64,000 nucleotides of DNA, from positions 186,001 to 250,000 of the forward strand of contig QPGO01000012.1 of assembly GCA_008632985.1 (NCBI GenBank), given 5' to 3'. The position numbers and the translations under genes are program-made. How positions within the stretch are numbered: the first letter of the stretch is position 1; each line of letters starts with the position of its first letter. Source of the stretch: Psammoneis japonica. Its lineage: Eukaryota. Positions 24,366 through 36,300 of this stretch are shown piece after piece. The notes under the pieces are model-generated. The model was not told the DNA's origin. It saw only the letters and a program-made list of their open reading frames with translations, and made no database searches.

Positions 24366-27300
24366 CTAGTTCAGGTGAATCTGAAGCAACCCGAAGCTTT
24401 CGAATCCAGGGGAGTTAGAGATATTGTCTTCGCCGAGACAGAGATCGTAGGCAAGCTCAGCCAGATAACCTGCCATTGCCAATTTCTTGGACCAAAGAGT
24501 GCCACCGACTTTAGACTCTTCTAGGTGTTTCAAGGCCTCGGCATCCCATTGGAACAAGCCATCAGGGCCTTCTGAGGTAAGCAAATTTGTGACGTCTTTA
24601 TCACTGCGTGACCACCCAAAGAATGTGACCATCTCAAGATCCTCATACCATCCTTTCTGTTGTGACTTGATTTGCTCTTTCATGTCTCGACCGATTTCCT
24701 TGGATGGATACGAGGAATAGAGAGCATTGTTGATGTGCTTAGATTCGGTGAGCTTAGAGCACTTTAGATGCTCATCGTCTCGCACTCCAAAATTTGTGTT
24801 GGCACCTGAATTCTTTCCCGACCTGACGGGTGTGCAGAAGTGACACAATCCGTGCGCACCTTCCTTCATGCGACGATCTCCAGTGCACTTCTCAGACTGT
24901 GCCTTTGGGTGGAGTAACAAGGATGTAGTGCCACTCCGAAACTCAATGTTTGGGAGGATATGGCCGCGGCTGACCATCAAAGCCGCCATCAGCGTTAGAT
25001 TCTGTTCTGCCCATTGGAGTGTCCAGTGGTTGCGGTGAGTGTCATAGTTCTTGAGTCACTGACGTTTGTGTGTCTCGAGTCGTTGCATCAGAATCGGAAC
25101 TAACTGCACGGTTTGTTGCATTTGCTCCGGACCAAAAGACATGAACTCGTCTACAACCTTGACCGCACTCGCTTGCCACATCGGATTCTCACAGCACGGA
25201 CGACTAACCTCATGGTTAGCAGGATCAACTGGAAGGACAGGAGCAGGAGCTGTGGTCTCACTGGGTAGTTCCTTTTTTTCATAAATGACAGGAAGGTGCC
25301 GAGCCTTGTAACATGAGTAGATGAGCTTGTGAACGAGCGAAGTCGGAGGGGAATCGAACCGCCAACCGGAGTTTTCATCATTCTCAGATTCATCCCTTGC
25401 CTCCGCCAACGTACCCTCATTTGTGTGAAACTTTGACGGCTTGTTTTTCATTGATCGGAAGAAGCGCACATTCATGAATGACTGCAACTGTGAAACGGCA
25501 AGTTTTGCGCACATGTCGATCGATGCCTGTGCCACGATTGGTCCGTCTGACTCATCCATTGCTTGAAGACTCTCGTCGCTGCTCATCATGTCCAGCATTT
25601 TGGATTCCGCTGCCACAGCTTCATCACATGCTTTGTTGTGTGCTGCAATTTCACGGACAAGTTTTGCCTGCTTCTCGGCCCGCAGGCGATCCTGTCGTTC
25701 CTTCCGGGCTGCCCTTTGACCAGCAGAGTCAAGGAGTTTGGCACGCTGCAGGGGTTCTTGCGAAATGCCGGCATCACGCCGGCACATGTTCCCGGCGGGA
25801 TCACGGTCCTCGGGGAAATCGAGTTCATCAAAAACCGTTTCGGGGATGTGACCCCCGTTGTCATCCCACGCTTTCATCAAGGTGGGGAAGGATCGGAGGC
25901 AAAGATCGCACTCTTCTTGGGAGACTTGCCGTTTGACAGCAGACATGACGGACTCAAAATCAGGACAACGCAGAGTTTTCTGGTCAATGACACCGGAGAC
26001 CACGAATCCCTTCAGAATCTTCTTCCGTTGCAACGACTGACGACGATTGTGTCCTTGTCCTTTCCAAGCTGAAGGGGAGTCTTTTCCAGGGCTCTTGCAG
26101 CCTCCAACTTGTTTGCGTGAGCATGGATGTCTAACTCTGTGGTTGTGGCTTGTTTCTTCAGGACAGATTTCGCAGCACTGAAGACATCAGCTTGATCGCA
26201 AGACGCTTCCGATCCGGTCCTTGCAGGGTTGGTCTTGCCGGAGGTTGTCTTCTCTTCATCATCAATTTTCGTCACTTCTGGGGAAACCGTGTTTGCATCA
26301 ATTTGTCCACGGTCACCATCCATGACAAGAATGCTGCGCTCGTCTTCAGCAGGTGCTTGGTCCAAGGCACCCGTGCGGCCTCGCAACTTGTGACGCTGTC
26401 TCTGCATGTGAGGCAAATGGACAAACTTGCGATGCATCACCATGCGCTTGAGCTCAGCTTTGTCAACGCCATCCCTCATGAACAGGACAAAGCCGACACC
26501 AGCATCGACTTTCGCATCGCCTCCTGGACACAGCCCGTGCACGTCCACTGAATGTGCACCGTCCTCGTTGCCGCGCGCATCTTTCGTGTGTCCTTTTCGG
26601 AGTTGACGTTCCGTCATCTTCTTGAACGTCAACATGACTGGCGCGGCTTCTCCAGAAGCAACCATTGTGATGGCAAGTTTCGCTCTGAGGCACTCAAATG
26701 ATGGATCTTTGCCTTTCTCACACTTTGAGTGATTTCCTGCATCTGCGTTGTCTTTGGCAGCGACAACGCGCCATTCTAAAGGGTCTCCAGGTTGGGGGCC
26801 TTTCATGGCAGCAAGCCCAGTGTCGTCCATTCCCATGTTGAGGGATGTGCTCATCGGATGTGCTTTGTTTCCACGACATGTTTCAACAAGGTCAAGAAAG
26901 GTTTTTGCACCTGTGGTCAGGTTGGAGACCACGTTTTCAAAGGCTTTGTCCTCCCCATCGACAAACATCGTATCGGCGCACAGAATGACCAAGGTTGCGG
27001 CGGCTCGCAAGGAGCGTTTGGCCGTGGCGCGATTGTCGGTCTTGCACTGCGTCGTCTTGGTTGTCGACAATTCACCATTCTTCCCCAGAGCCAACCTGCG
27101 ATGCCTCTTGGCTTCTCTTGTGGACACGGCCGTGTTTTCCGCTGTCGGAACGACACTGCGCTCCATCATTTTGGTGCATTTGTGATCTGCCAAAGCTGTC
27201 TTCATTTCGTCGAGCCCGAATGACTCACCGTCGTTTTGAACTGACTTCTTGCCAATCACTCGAATCTCGTCGTTTGAGGCAACTGGTGCGTTTCCCCTGG

Positions 27301-27922
27301 CGTGCCATTCTGTGTGCATGGGGTTGCCACTCGAGCGACTTTGAACCATTTTGTTGCCAGCTCGTCGCGCAGTGAAGGGAACCAGCGAGTGTTCCATTGC
27401 AAAGTCAATGGCTTTGGCGCGATCTTGTTTGGGAATCGTCAAAGCCATGTCAGCAAATTCCATCTTGCTGCACATTTGTGTTTCCTTGTTTGCAGGCATG
27501 CGGAAGTTTGCATGAAGATGACGCGGTGGCTCAAGCAGTCGCGGTCTCTTGTTTGTGGCATGCGCCCCTGGTTTCGGCGGCTGGTTTTCTTTGTCATTCG
27601 CACTTCGGCACACGTCCTCTGGCACGGCGAGGGAATTGGACGGACGTTTCGGACCGGCGGCTCTTGATTCTTGCGATCGGTCCATGCTCACATTCTCTTG
27701 CATTTGCTTCTGGCGGGCTTTTTCACCATTCAAATGACAGTGGATGTGCTGAACGTTGGGGAGTTGAGTGGCGCGAGCTGCTGTCATGGTCGCTCCTTTT
27801 GTCGTCGCTTGCGAAATGGAAAGGCTGTTTTCGACAACTTTGAGCTTGCTAACGACTTCTTTCAACTTCCGCTGTGATGCTTTCTTCCCACTGTTCAATG
27901 TGTTCTGAACCTCCATCAACAC
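24366..27922 (-). mobile_element. Degenerate large ORF, probably a pogo/Tc1-mariner-like DDE transposase, broken into three ORFs (26012-27922, 25056-26033, 24366-24989)
   Basis: Candidate catalytic triad MDDT / ILVMDG / KTNPARTGSEASCDQADVF, resembling DET / LLLDG / P..T...QP.D..VF, followed by ILKGFVVSGVID. No TIRs found. Confidence 0.55.
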
Positions 27923-28860
27923 GTTTTGCTGGTGTCACATGTCTGAAGCGACAGCAGAACTGTCGAGAAGACCGTCGAATGCATTGTCCATTTGGGATTT
28001 TCGCATCGACACAGCGGCATTTTCTTCTGCATCCTTGAGCGATAAAGCAGCAGATGAAGTGTGCAGATGACTCATGGTTTGTCGCTGTTCTTTGCAGTGT
28101 TTGTTGGAGCTGTGGCTGCATTTGAAACAATGGCGGCATGGTCATTGCGGCGTTGGCGTTGACCCGTCGCGTCGGAGGGAATTCAAATCTTGCGCGCGTC
28201 ATCCTTCACGCGCGGCGGGAATGTTTGAGGCAACGGCAACGTTTGAGGCCGCCGGCAGCATGGCGACATCTTGATCTCAAGCAGGTCCAGTGGGCCGTTG
28301 CGGCCTCTCCATGAACCAACATGGAGCGCACTTAAAGAACAGCACTTCGTGCGGAATTGCCAAGAAGACGGAGGTCGCTGCTGTTTTCTGTCGACTCAAA
28401 ACTCCTGGTCACCATGCTTTTGTCCGGAAGCCCGCACACAAAACACGCCAAAGTGTCCCGAGGTTTTGCAAACAATGCAATCGATGAAATGGAACAAGGG
28501 TGGTCAACAGATCCTTTGAAGACACTGAAGCGGTCTGGGGGTGTTGACTCTTGGTTCTTTAAGAAGACAGACGAGCTTGTTTTGTTGGAACAATTGCACC
28601 GCGAACAACCAACCGCGCAGCCTTTGAAGCTGTCGCAGGCAGCTTTTCGGCACGCAGGAACACTGGCATCAGAAATGATGATTTCCATTGCTGGTTTTTC
28701 ATTGATTTGTGCATGGCAAGAGGATGTCTCCGACATGGAGATGTGTTGGCACTCGACAGTGCGTCGACTCACCTTTGTCAATCTCTCGATGAGTGGCTTT
28801 TCAATGAATTTGTCATTTTGCTTCTATTTCTGCTGTGCCAACTTGCTCCCTCAAGTTAAA

Positions 28861-29249
28861 GACACGTTCCAGGTCCAGGTGGGACCTCGCACTGCTGAGC
28901 TGTGACATCGACAGTTTTTTGAATTGCGTTGTATGTCGCGCACATACATTTCTACGTGATTTTGGCAAAATTTTGCATCATTTTGCAGTGCAATTGTCAG
29001 GCGATCCATTCAACAACTTTTAACATTTTTTTCTTCTGCGCCATTCTCGAGTGTCTTAAGAATGGCGCAGGGCAGGCGCGTTGTCCAAAACTTCAAGTAC
29101 GAACAGAGACACATGTGCTGCAAACTTGGCCGTTCATTTTGTGTTGAAGACAAACATGCCCATTAACCAGAGCATGAACTGCAGAGCTCGCACACAGAAT
29201 TCTGCGGGGCAAATGTCACAAAAAGTCCCACCCAGGACTGGAGCCCGTC
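28861..29249 (+). mobile_element. MITE family A, copy 1 (389 bp), TSD TAAA
   Basis: gacacgttccaggtccaggtgggac ... gtcccacccaggactggagcccgtc; taaa at 28857-28860 and 29250-29253. Colinear with the copies at 60741 and 63054. Confidence 0.92.
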
Positions 29250-29739
29250 TAAATCCCACAGAGAGGATGTGGCATGCACCAGTGCCCACTTGCCGCAGGG
29301 GGGNNNNNNNNNNNNNNNNNNNNNNNNNNNNNNNNNNNNNNNNNNNNNNNNNNNNNNNNNNNNNNNNNNNNNNNNNNNNNNNNNNNNNNNNNNNNNNNNN
29401 NNNNNNNNNNNNNNNNNNNNNNNNNNNNNNNNNNNNNNNNNNNNNNNNNNNNNNNNNNNNNNNNNNNNNNNNNNNNNNNNNNNNNNNNNNNNNNNNNNNN
29501 NNNNNNNNNNNNNNNNNNNNNNNNNNNNNNNNNNNNNNNNNNNNNNNNNNNNNNNNNNNNNNNNNNNNNNNNNNNNNNNNNNNNNNNNNNNNNNNNNNNN
29601 NNNNNNNNNNNNNNNNNNNNNNNNNNNNNNNNNNNNNNNNNNNNNNNNNNNNNNNNNNNNNNNNNNNNNNNNNNNNNNNNNNNNNNNNNNNNNNNNNNNN
29701 NNNNNNNNNNNNNNNNNNNNNNNNNNNNNNNNNNNNNNN

Positions 29740-30270
29740 GATCTTGTTTCTTGTTTGTCCTTGCTGCTGGCAGCCTTTGCACACAAAGAGCATCTTTGTT
29801 GTGTCATGTCCAATGCTTCCTCCAAGGGAATGGCATCATTGCTTGGAAACACTCATGAAAACATCTTGTGCAGGATCTTGAATTTGTTTCATCATGTTTG
29901 AATCCACCTTGTCACCTGATCTTTGAGTGGTGACAGCGCGCGGCTGCTTGTGTTCTGCACTCAAATTTCTGTCACCCTGCTCTTGCAATTGTCTCAAATG
30001 CAGAAGTTTGACCAAAGGCAAGCTGCAACTCTTTTGCCAGGCTTCATGGGGGGCATTGCAAGACAGTTGCCATGGTGCCTGTTGTGAGCACAATTGGTTG
30101 TGATGGCAGAGCTTTGCCACAAACACATGCCCGCTCTTGCAGTCAGTGGCATCATGTGTCACAAATCAGTCACTTTGCCTTTTTTTGGCAAAGACAATGT
30201 TTTTGTGCATGGCTTGTGAGTGTCATTGCTTGCTGCATTGGACAATGGCATCTCTGAACAAGCATGAGAT
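29740..30270 (-). pseudogene. Hypermutated partial duplicate of the DTW gene (5' half)
   Basis: 29881 aatttgtttcatcatgtttgaatccaccttgtcacctgatctttgag aligns to 21181 aatttgtttcataatgtttgaatccaccttgtcgcctagtcttcgag. Peptide remnants GDKVDSNMMKQIQDP and FPSNDAIPLEEAL. Confidence 0.92.
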
Positions 30271-30429
30271 GGGGGGTGGGGAGGGAGTGTGTTGCACTTT
30301 GTTTGGTGTTTGGGCATCTTGCACTTTAGATTGTTGGCAACCCTGTGTTTCATGTGACTGCAGGATCCTCTCACAAACATGCTGTGGTCACACATGGCAC
30401 CTGTCCAGACAGAAATTCACTGTCAATGT

Positions 30430-31140
30430 CAGACATGGCTTTGACCATTTTGGCAAGGATGGCTGGTCTTCTGATGCAAGACTTCACAATGTCCTCTCTG
30501 CTGCTGCCAGAAACTTTGGGTCATGGGTGTGGCCTTGAAAGCTTTTTTTGTCCTTCTGCTTGGGGCACTGAGCACAGCTCTCATTGCATCAGCAAGAATC
30601 ATGTGCATCTCACACCTGTGCTCTCGGCAGTTTGGAGAGCACACACATCTTGGCAACCTTGAGCAGAGCAATTGGTCAGTTCTTGGTGTTGGCCTCAAAG
30701 TTGGACCTGGTGAGCAAATGTTGTTCTTTGTGGCCTCGGAGCACCTTTCCCAGAGCAAGGCATGAGCCTCAATGAGGCCTTTCTCACAGGTCTGAGTCCT
30801 CTTGATGTGAACAATGTCACACTCTGTCTTGAGCTCAACATTGGCAAACTGCTTGTTCTCAGCTGTGGCAGATTCTTCAAAGCAGCTGCAGTGTCATTTC
30901 CATTGTCATGAGCCTTCTCTTGATGTGGTTGACAATGAATGGAACAGCAATCTAACAATCAGATGCTTGGCAGAGCCAACATGCTGGCAGGCACAATTCT
31001 TGATGCCCTTCCTCTTGGCAGTGGCAAACTTGCCACTCTTGCTTTCCTCTTCCAACAAAGGATCCTTTTCCTTGGCTTGTCCTTCCATTTCTCTGTCTTG
31101 TTCTTCCACTCATGATGGATTGATGAGACGGCAAAAACAT
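30430..31140 (-). mobile_element. Probable Ty1/Copia (CoDi-like) gag relic
   Basis: Fragments AHALLWERCSEATKNNI and NCREHRCEMHMILADAMRAVL resemble diatom copia gag as recalled, with Tyr positions read as His/Cys. Not database-verified. Confidence 0.5.
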
Positions 31141-32599
31141 CTCCACCAAAATCTGTGAGGTGACTCTCGTTTGCTCTGTTTTGTGGATTTCTCACAGCTT
31201 CAAGCTGGACCTGTGTCTCTTTCATCTGTTGAAATCTCCCCCCCTTCTGTGGCCATTCCAAAACCACTTTCAGTCCTCTGAGGCTGATCCTGGGGGGGGG
31301 GGGGGCAAGATTCAAACAAGATCAATGGCTGTTTCCAAGCATCAGATCACGTGCCTCGTGGGTGATGTTGCAACAAGCATGTTTTTCCTTCTTCCACATC
31401 ACACTGTCTCTCTTGGGCAGTTGAGCTTTTGGCCCAACGATCAATGAGCGAGCAAGTGGAGACAATGAGTGATGGCAAAAACACCTTGAACCTGTCACAC
31501 TGCACCAGGTGCAGCATCCAGGCAGATCCCAACTTGAACCCTTGTGTGATGCACCTTGGTCCAAAGATCTTAAAGAATGGCCCAAACTGTCAGATTTGAA
31601 GGCTTCTTGTGCGTGGCACAACAATTGCTTCCGCAGTTGATCACCATGAGAGGAAACAAGTCCAAGGCCACATGGGCGAGAGTGGCAAGCCAGCGATCAC
31701 AAGCTGCCAAAGCATGCTGCCCTTCAACTGCAACATTTGTGACTTGGGGAACCACTGGATGAGTGGCAGTGTTGTTTGCAGGAGGGTTGTCAGGGAAGGG
31801 AGAACCAGCGGGCATGCCACAATCCGGTTGCTTTTTGATGGGCTTGACAAAAAGGCAACCAAGATTTGTGAGACCGGCAGCAACAGTGATGCTGGGGCCC
31901 AGAACTTGAGGATTCAACATCTAAAAGCCCATGGTCAGAAAGAAGAGAGTTTGAACAGGAAGCAAAATTGAAGAAGCATTGCAAGAGACATTGCAATTTG
32001 TGACATCTGTGCATCATGGATGAATGATGGAACCACACTGCCATCACAATGCTGTCTTCCATGATGCATGATGTGAAAGAACAAGAAATGGTCAACACCC
32101 ATCACATCTGCCCTTTGCCGTCAAAATGGATGCAATGCTCCAACATGTGTGCAACAAGCTCACATTGTGGGGGCTGTTTTGATGAGTCCATGTGTGCACC
32201 ACTGATGGAAGACATTGGGCACCTCTCTGCCAGATGACACCACATCACAATCTTTGCTCGAGCAGATTTTTAATCTAAAGCTGACCAAGTGGCAGGTAAA
32301 ATCTTACAAAAATGTCCTGGACCTGACAATCCGAATTTAGTCGGGGACAAGTGGATGTGCAGGAAAGTGGCCAGCTCGGCCAATCTAACCCTGGCTGGCA
32401 CTCTAACTAGAGGCAGTCACTTGCACCACCACCGCCGTTGTCAAGAGAGTGCTGCAATGTCCCCAGATTGCTGTGGGACTGCACAGACTGGGAGCCAACA
32501 CAAGTGCAGTTTGCAACAACAAGAGAGCACCAAATTTGGTGTGGCATTGTTTCCTGATGGTTGAGTCGTCACTTGGCACTTTGTGCTTGGTTGTCTTCA

Positions 32600-32990
32600 A
32601 CAATGGTGACAACAACACTCAGGAACTGGTGCACTCCCACCACCACTTGCTGACCTTGACATGTTTGCATCCATCAGTGGCACAAGGTTGGTCATTTGGG
32701 ACATCACCAAACACGCCATCAGTGGCCGCATCAATGATGGCATGAGCAGTGTCATCACCAACAGTGTCACACATGCACAAGTTGAACTTGGTGTCATGCG
32801 TGCAATCCCATTTTGGACTCATGCCATCAAAGGGACAAGGTCCACAAGGAAAGTCATCAAAATCCTCCCCAGTGGGGACCAATGTCCCATCCGCCACTGT
32901 GTTGGCACAAGGAATTCTGTGCTGGCCCCGGACCAATGCCAAAGGAAGAAGTGCAGCCACAAGTGCAAAGAGAAGAGAGTTCTTGATCAT
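32600..32990 (-). pseudogene. Relic of a secreted Cys/Asp-rich protein gene
   Basis: Signal peptide MIKNSLLFALVAALLPLALVRG; ends in VKVSKWWWECTSS, a motif shared with the relic at ~33.9-34.3 kb. Confidence 0.45.
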
Positions 32991-33929
32991 TGTCATCATT
33001 GTCAACAACAAATGAATGGCAAAAGAGAATGCAACCAACAACACCAAGAGGCGCTAAAGTGTGTCTTGTGAAGACGCAGCATTGTCAGCAGAATGAGGGG
33101 CTTGCCAGTCAATGATCTGTTTTGATGCTGGCCACATGCCACACGTCAGCAATCCACATCAGCACTGTGCACCACAGACCTGCTGCACAGCAGATGCATC
33201 ACTGCACACACACACAGCAGCATCATTTCCTGTCATTGTTTTTGTCCATGACGTGTCATGGTGATGCCAGCTTCTTTGCATGTGCCCATCTACAGCAGCT
33301 GCTTGTGCAGTGCCAGCAGCAGCTGGCTGGAGCAGCAGCAGCAGACGGAGGGTCCCACCAGCACACACCTCGTGCAGTGCAGCACTGTGCATGGCATGCT
33401 GCACCTGCAAATTCTTCATCATTTAAGACATGGATTTTTGGGTCTTGAGGAGCTCATGACATTTGTCTTTTTCTTGGCCAATGTCCCATTGGATGGAATG
33501 AAGATGACCTGTGCATTGAACATCTGCCACATTGTTTGCTGTGCAGTGTGTCTCATGACACAAACTTGCTCGACAGAAGAACAATCTCAAACAAACACAA
33601 AAATTCTGATGTCATCACTTCCAGGAACATCGTGCATGATGTTGTGATGGTTTTGACAGATGTTGTTCTCATGGCAACAGCCCAGAGATGTCTGAGCACA
33701 GAGTTTTGGGAACAAGCCGTGTCAGGATTTTTGCAAGAGCACTCTGAAGTTTGAAGCTCCCCACAACTTTTTTGCCAGCTCGCTGCAACAAGCTCAGCCA
33801 TCTTCATCATGTCTCAAGAGCTCACAACCAGTGCTCAGCTGGCTGCTCAAGGAACATGAGAACATGCACTTTTTCAAAACAGCATGATGCTCAAATTGCC
33901 CACCAGTGGGGGCAAGTGGGGTGAGGTCA

Positions 33930-34340
33930 CCAAAAACCACCGTGCTGGTGGCTTTGATGGCCATGCTCCTGCTCACACTGTTGAATCAATTGCAAGCATT
34001 TTCAGCTCCATTGCAAGAAAGTCAGGATGGTGTCAAGTTTTCAAAATGGTGGGTTGAGTGCACAACCAGCCAAAGGGCAGACATTGGCAATGCCAGTGCG
34101 GAAAGGTTTGACCTTGTTTGTGGGCAAAAACCCAGCAAGTTGGATGATGTTTGTGGTGTGCTCAACATGGGTCTGCCTGTGAACAAGCCAGCCTCTCCAA
34201 ATGAAGACAACAATTTTCTTCCTCAGCCAGACAAAGAAGATTTGGCTCCTGAGTTTGAAATGCCGCCCCTTCCCAGTGAGGGCCATGTCATGGGTGCTCA
34301 AGCTCCTGCACCACCCCCTCAAGAAAACCCAAGAAGACCA
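33930..34340 (+). pseudogene. Relic of a related secreted protein gene
   Basis: Hydrophobic leader VLVALMAMLLLTLL, then VKFSKWWVECTTS and a Pro/acidic tail. Confidence 0.4.
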
Positions 34341-35169
34341 TGTGCCACTGGGCATCTGGCAAATCTTGCCAACACAGCTCCACATGCCAATGTTTGCAAG
34401 AGAGTGGTGCTGGCATGCCCAGTGGCATTGGCTCAGGGCATGGCATTCACTCTTTTGGAGGTGTCTGTGGGGCAACCTTCTTCACAGCAGCACCCCTCAA
34501 GGCAGTGGCTTGGCACATCATGGCACCAATTCCCTCAACTTGTGCACCCACCTCCTCTCATGTCCTTCTGCATTGTCAGGTGATTGCAGGTGTGCTGCAG
34601 CAAGTCCAGTGAGTGAGATGTCCAAACTTTTCCAGAAGCATCAGATGCATGTGGAGAAAGAGCATGGATGTCACAAGGAGGAGTGTTGCAAACATGGTCA
34701 GATGACCAACTTGTTGACTGGAGCAATTGCTGGTGCTCTTGTGACATGCATGCACTCCTCCTCTTGCTCTCATGATGATGATGAGCAAAAGCCAAGTGTG
34801 TGTCATTGGGGCTGGGACTCAATTGTTGCAGCTTCATTTCAACAGTTTGCCACTGCTGTTGTGTCAGCAGTTCACCAGGCAGTTTCAACAGCAACTGTTG
34901 TGATGATGATGACAAGAGTCAACCATGCATGCACCATTGTGACCAACTGTCATGAGGACTGCATTGCTGCATTGTTTTGCATTGTTGTGCTGGCACAGCA
35001 CAGTTTTCACAGCAAACCACACAAAAGACTGTCATGGTCATGATGACAAGTGGCAGCCATGTGTGCTTCATTGTGATGTGTGAGACAACTCAATTGTTGC
35101 AGCTCAGTTTCAACAGTGCAACAGTTGCTCTGCTTCATTGTCATTATGGCACTGATCCAAGATGCAACC

Positions 35170-36300
35170 AGCATCAAACAACATTTCTGGCATTTGCACA
35201 CTGGCAATCTGATTCATGCCAACTCAAGAAGTTGAAAAGTTGTGCAGCAGAACCATCAGATGAATTGTGGTCCTGCACTCTCCCTGTTCTTTACAGATGA
35301 TCTTTTCTGCAATTTGTTGGTTGCTGCCTTGAATGGCCTGTGCATGTCCCACTCAGAAAGCTGCCACACAGGTGTGGCATCTCAGCCAATGAGAAGGTCT
35401 TTGGCATTCATGGCATCTTGTTGAGATGATGTGATGAAGTGCTTTTTGTTGCTCAAATTTAAAGCAGAGTCCACCACTGCCTTTGCACCTGTTTCCCTGC
35501 ACACTTGCTCACACTTGTGGCAAACAAGGCCATTGTCAGCTTGCACTGAGTTGTGCCACACACTCCAGGGGATTGATGTGCTCTGCAAGTGAGAATCTTC
35601 CCTTTTGCATTAAAAAGAAAAACATGCTGTTCAAACAATGACCATGCATCCATCTGTCATTGAAAATTGTGCTCTGCATTCTGCCATCCTTGGAGGCTTC
35701 CATGGGTGACTTGAGGCCACCAACCATCATCCCAGACACCTTTGGTTTTCAGGAATGGGGCACTTTGGCTCTGTTGTGATGATGCACCTCAACACCCTTG
35801 CTGCCAGTGAACTCTCTGCCTTTGTGTCAGGACAACCTTGCAAAGCAAAAAGAAGCACCATCATCCAAACTGTGAAAAGTCACACAAAACTGTGTTGCAG
35901 TGCCGGTCATTGTGCAAAGACCAAGAAACAGCCCCTTTTGTCCAACACCAAGCATCCAACAATGTAAAAGGAATGTGACCTTTTGGGCAGTTCTTTGACA
36001 AACCTTGCAGCAGTGCATGGTGTGTGCATGTCATGCAATGGTTGGAATGCATCCAATGGAGCCTCAAAGGCATCATGATGATCACGTCCTGCTGCTGCAG
36101 CAATGAGAGCTTGGTCATTGTTAAATTCACACAAGTGCTGAAAGGTGGACGAACTCAGGCCCTGAAGACATGGGCGTGTGGGACATGCTTGTCTGTGCCT
36201 GCATCAACCCTCCATGGACAACATGCTCCTGAGTGAAACGCTGTTGTCCTGGTTTCTCACATGCCCCTCCGTGATGAAAAAGGGTTGAGATCATTTGCAG
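35170..36300 (-). mobile_element. PIF/Harbinger-like (DDE_Tnp_4) transposase relic
   Basis: Ordered remnants DQALI..GRDHHDAF, VGGLK (DGLK), PWSVWHNS (PGSWHDS), GAKAVVDSAL, DATPVWQLSEWDM (ATSVRQLSEWGM) and HLMVLLHNF; frameshifted. Confidence 0.75.

Noticed and set aside
29081..29901. ORFs spanning the N run (also 37243-37778)
   Set aside because: Artefacts of translating assembly gaps.
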